Below the pieces are notes generated by a model. It saw nothing but the letters and a program-made list of their open reading frames with translations. It had not been told where the DNA came from and made no database searches. A stretch of DNA of 64,000 bases from Trichoplax sp. H2 (lineage: Eukaryota): contig NOWV01000249.1 of the NCBI GenBank assembly GCA_003344405.1, positions 1-64,000 of the forward strand, read 5' to 3'. This document shows, piece after piece, positions 62,852 to 64,000 of the stretch. The translations under genes were made by a program, and so were the position numbers. Position 1 is the stretch's first letter. Every line of letters starts with the position of its first letter.

Positions 62852-64000
62852 CTATGTGATATTGAATAATAATTAAAATTAAAATTTCGATCATAAATTC
62901 GTTTTTCCTATCACCCTATCCGTATAATTTGTTAGTCATTAAGGAATAATGATGCTTAAATCCACAGAGTCGCAATATTAATTATAGTTTCGATACAATG
63001 ATGAGAGAAATCCAAGAGTCTTTCAATTAATAAGGAATTCTTATTATAATTCTATAATGACTAATCGCAATATGTAATACTCCAAATTGTAATAAGAGCC
63101 ATGGGATTTATTATGTACCACTAAAAATAACTTTCGAATACTATATTAAATGCCTTATTTATTTAATCCTGCTTAAGTAATTGTGAATCAATCCAAAGAA
63201 ATAACAACATACTAAATTATGTATCTTAAAAATTTTTCTGACGACAATATTTATCATTATAGGGTATAAGGATTGGTTTGTATAATTACAGTTTCTTATC
63301 GCACGTGAAGGATATCTACAAATCCTAGGTTTTACTTGGTTAGATGGACGTTGTATTGGTTTTAAGACAGGATAGAATGAGGTAGAGAATTTCTGGGATG
63401 GAGTTTAAGACTCATTATTTGGAAAGTTTTCGAAGTCAAGATAGTGTTAAATTATTTTTGGGCTAGTAAATATTAATTAATACTAATTTGATATGATTTA
63501 AATTAAATAATTTTAAGGCATAATGTGTATGATTAGATTATGTAATGTAATTAGAATTCTTGAACATATTAAATATGATCGTTTTGTAAGCAATATGATT
63601 CATAACATAAGGCATGTATTTATCTTAGTAGCTGCCAAATACAATCATTACTTTCATTCCCGGCATGCTTAAAAGTTAAGTTTGCATTGCTACAGTTTCC
63701 ATATGTCTAATTAACTATCGTACTATAATTGACCTTTTACCTTTATCAGTAATATGACATATGACAAATAGTTCGATTCTATAAAAAAAACTAAGCATTC
63801 TCTAGAAAAAAACAGTTACTGAGTAATTTTGTTAATCTAACTAATTAACGGTAACTAATTATGCAAATAGTCATATGTACTGAGTGAGCACATCAAATGA
63901 GATTGGGCAATAACATTATATAAAATCAGTTATCGTACCCTAGACATGCAATTTATTGTCTGTAATAAGTAATTATGCCTTGATATGCAGCTTCTTAGCT

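Overview
AT-rich, compact, intron-containing animal genomic DNA. Gene content and style suggest a placozoan such as Trichoplax; this is an inference, not something the sequence proves. Manual splicing gives, in order: LSM7 (+, 4 exons), a CDC42 small effector CDC42SE/SPEC (-, 5 coding exons) and SPPL2 (-). Next come a probably decayed membrane-transporter gene and a DDE-less Brinker-DBD/CENP-B-HTH protein, followed by about 11 kb of gene-poor DNA. Then there is a cluster of six intronless CYP3-clan P450s (one frameshifted pseudogene, three intact on -, two intact on +) and the 3' part of an M1 aminopeptidase (-). Main observations: (1) self-complementary TACTG/CAGTA arrays concentrated at gene 5' ends; (2) a P450 lacking the I-helix acid/Thr pair; (3) two P450 paralogues identical in the scaffold but divergent at substrate-recognition sites; (4) nuclear-receptor half-site clusters in CYP promoters; (5) a perfect 33-bp hairpin between the divergent CYPs; (6) LSM7-SPPL2 linkage as in human. 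All exon boundaries and comparisons were made by eye.
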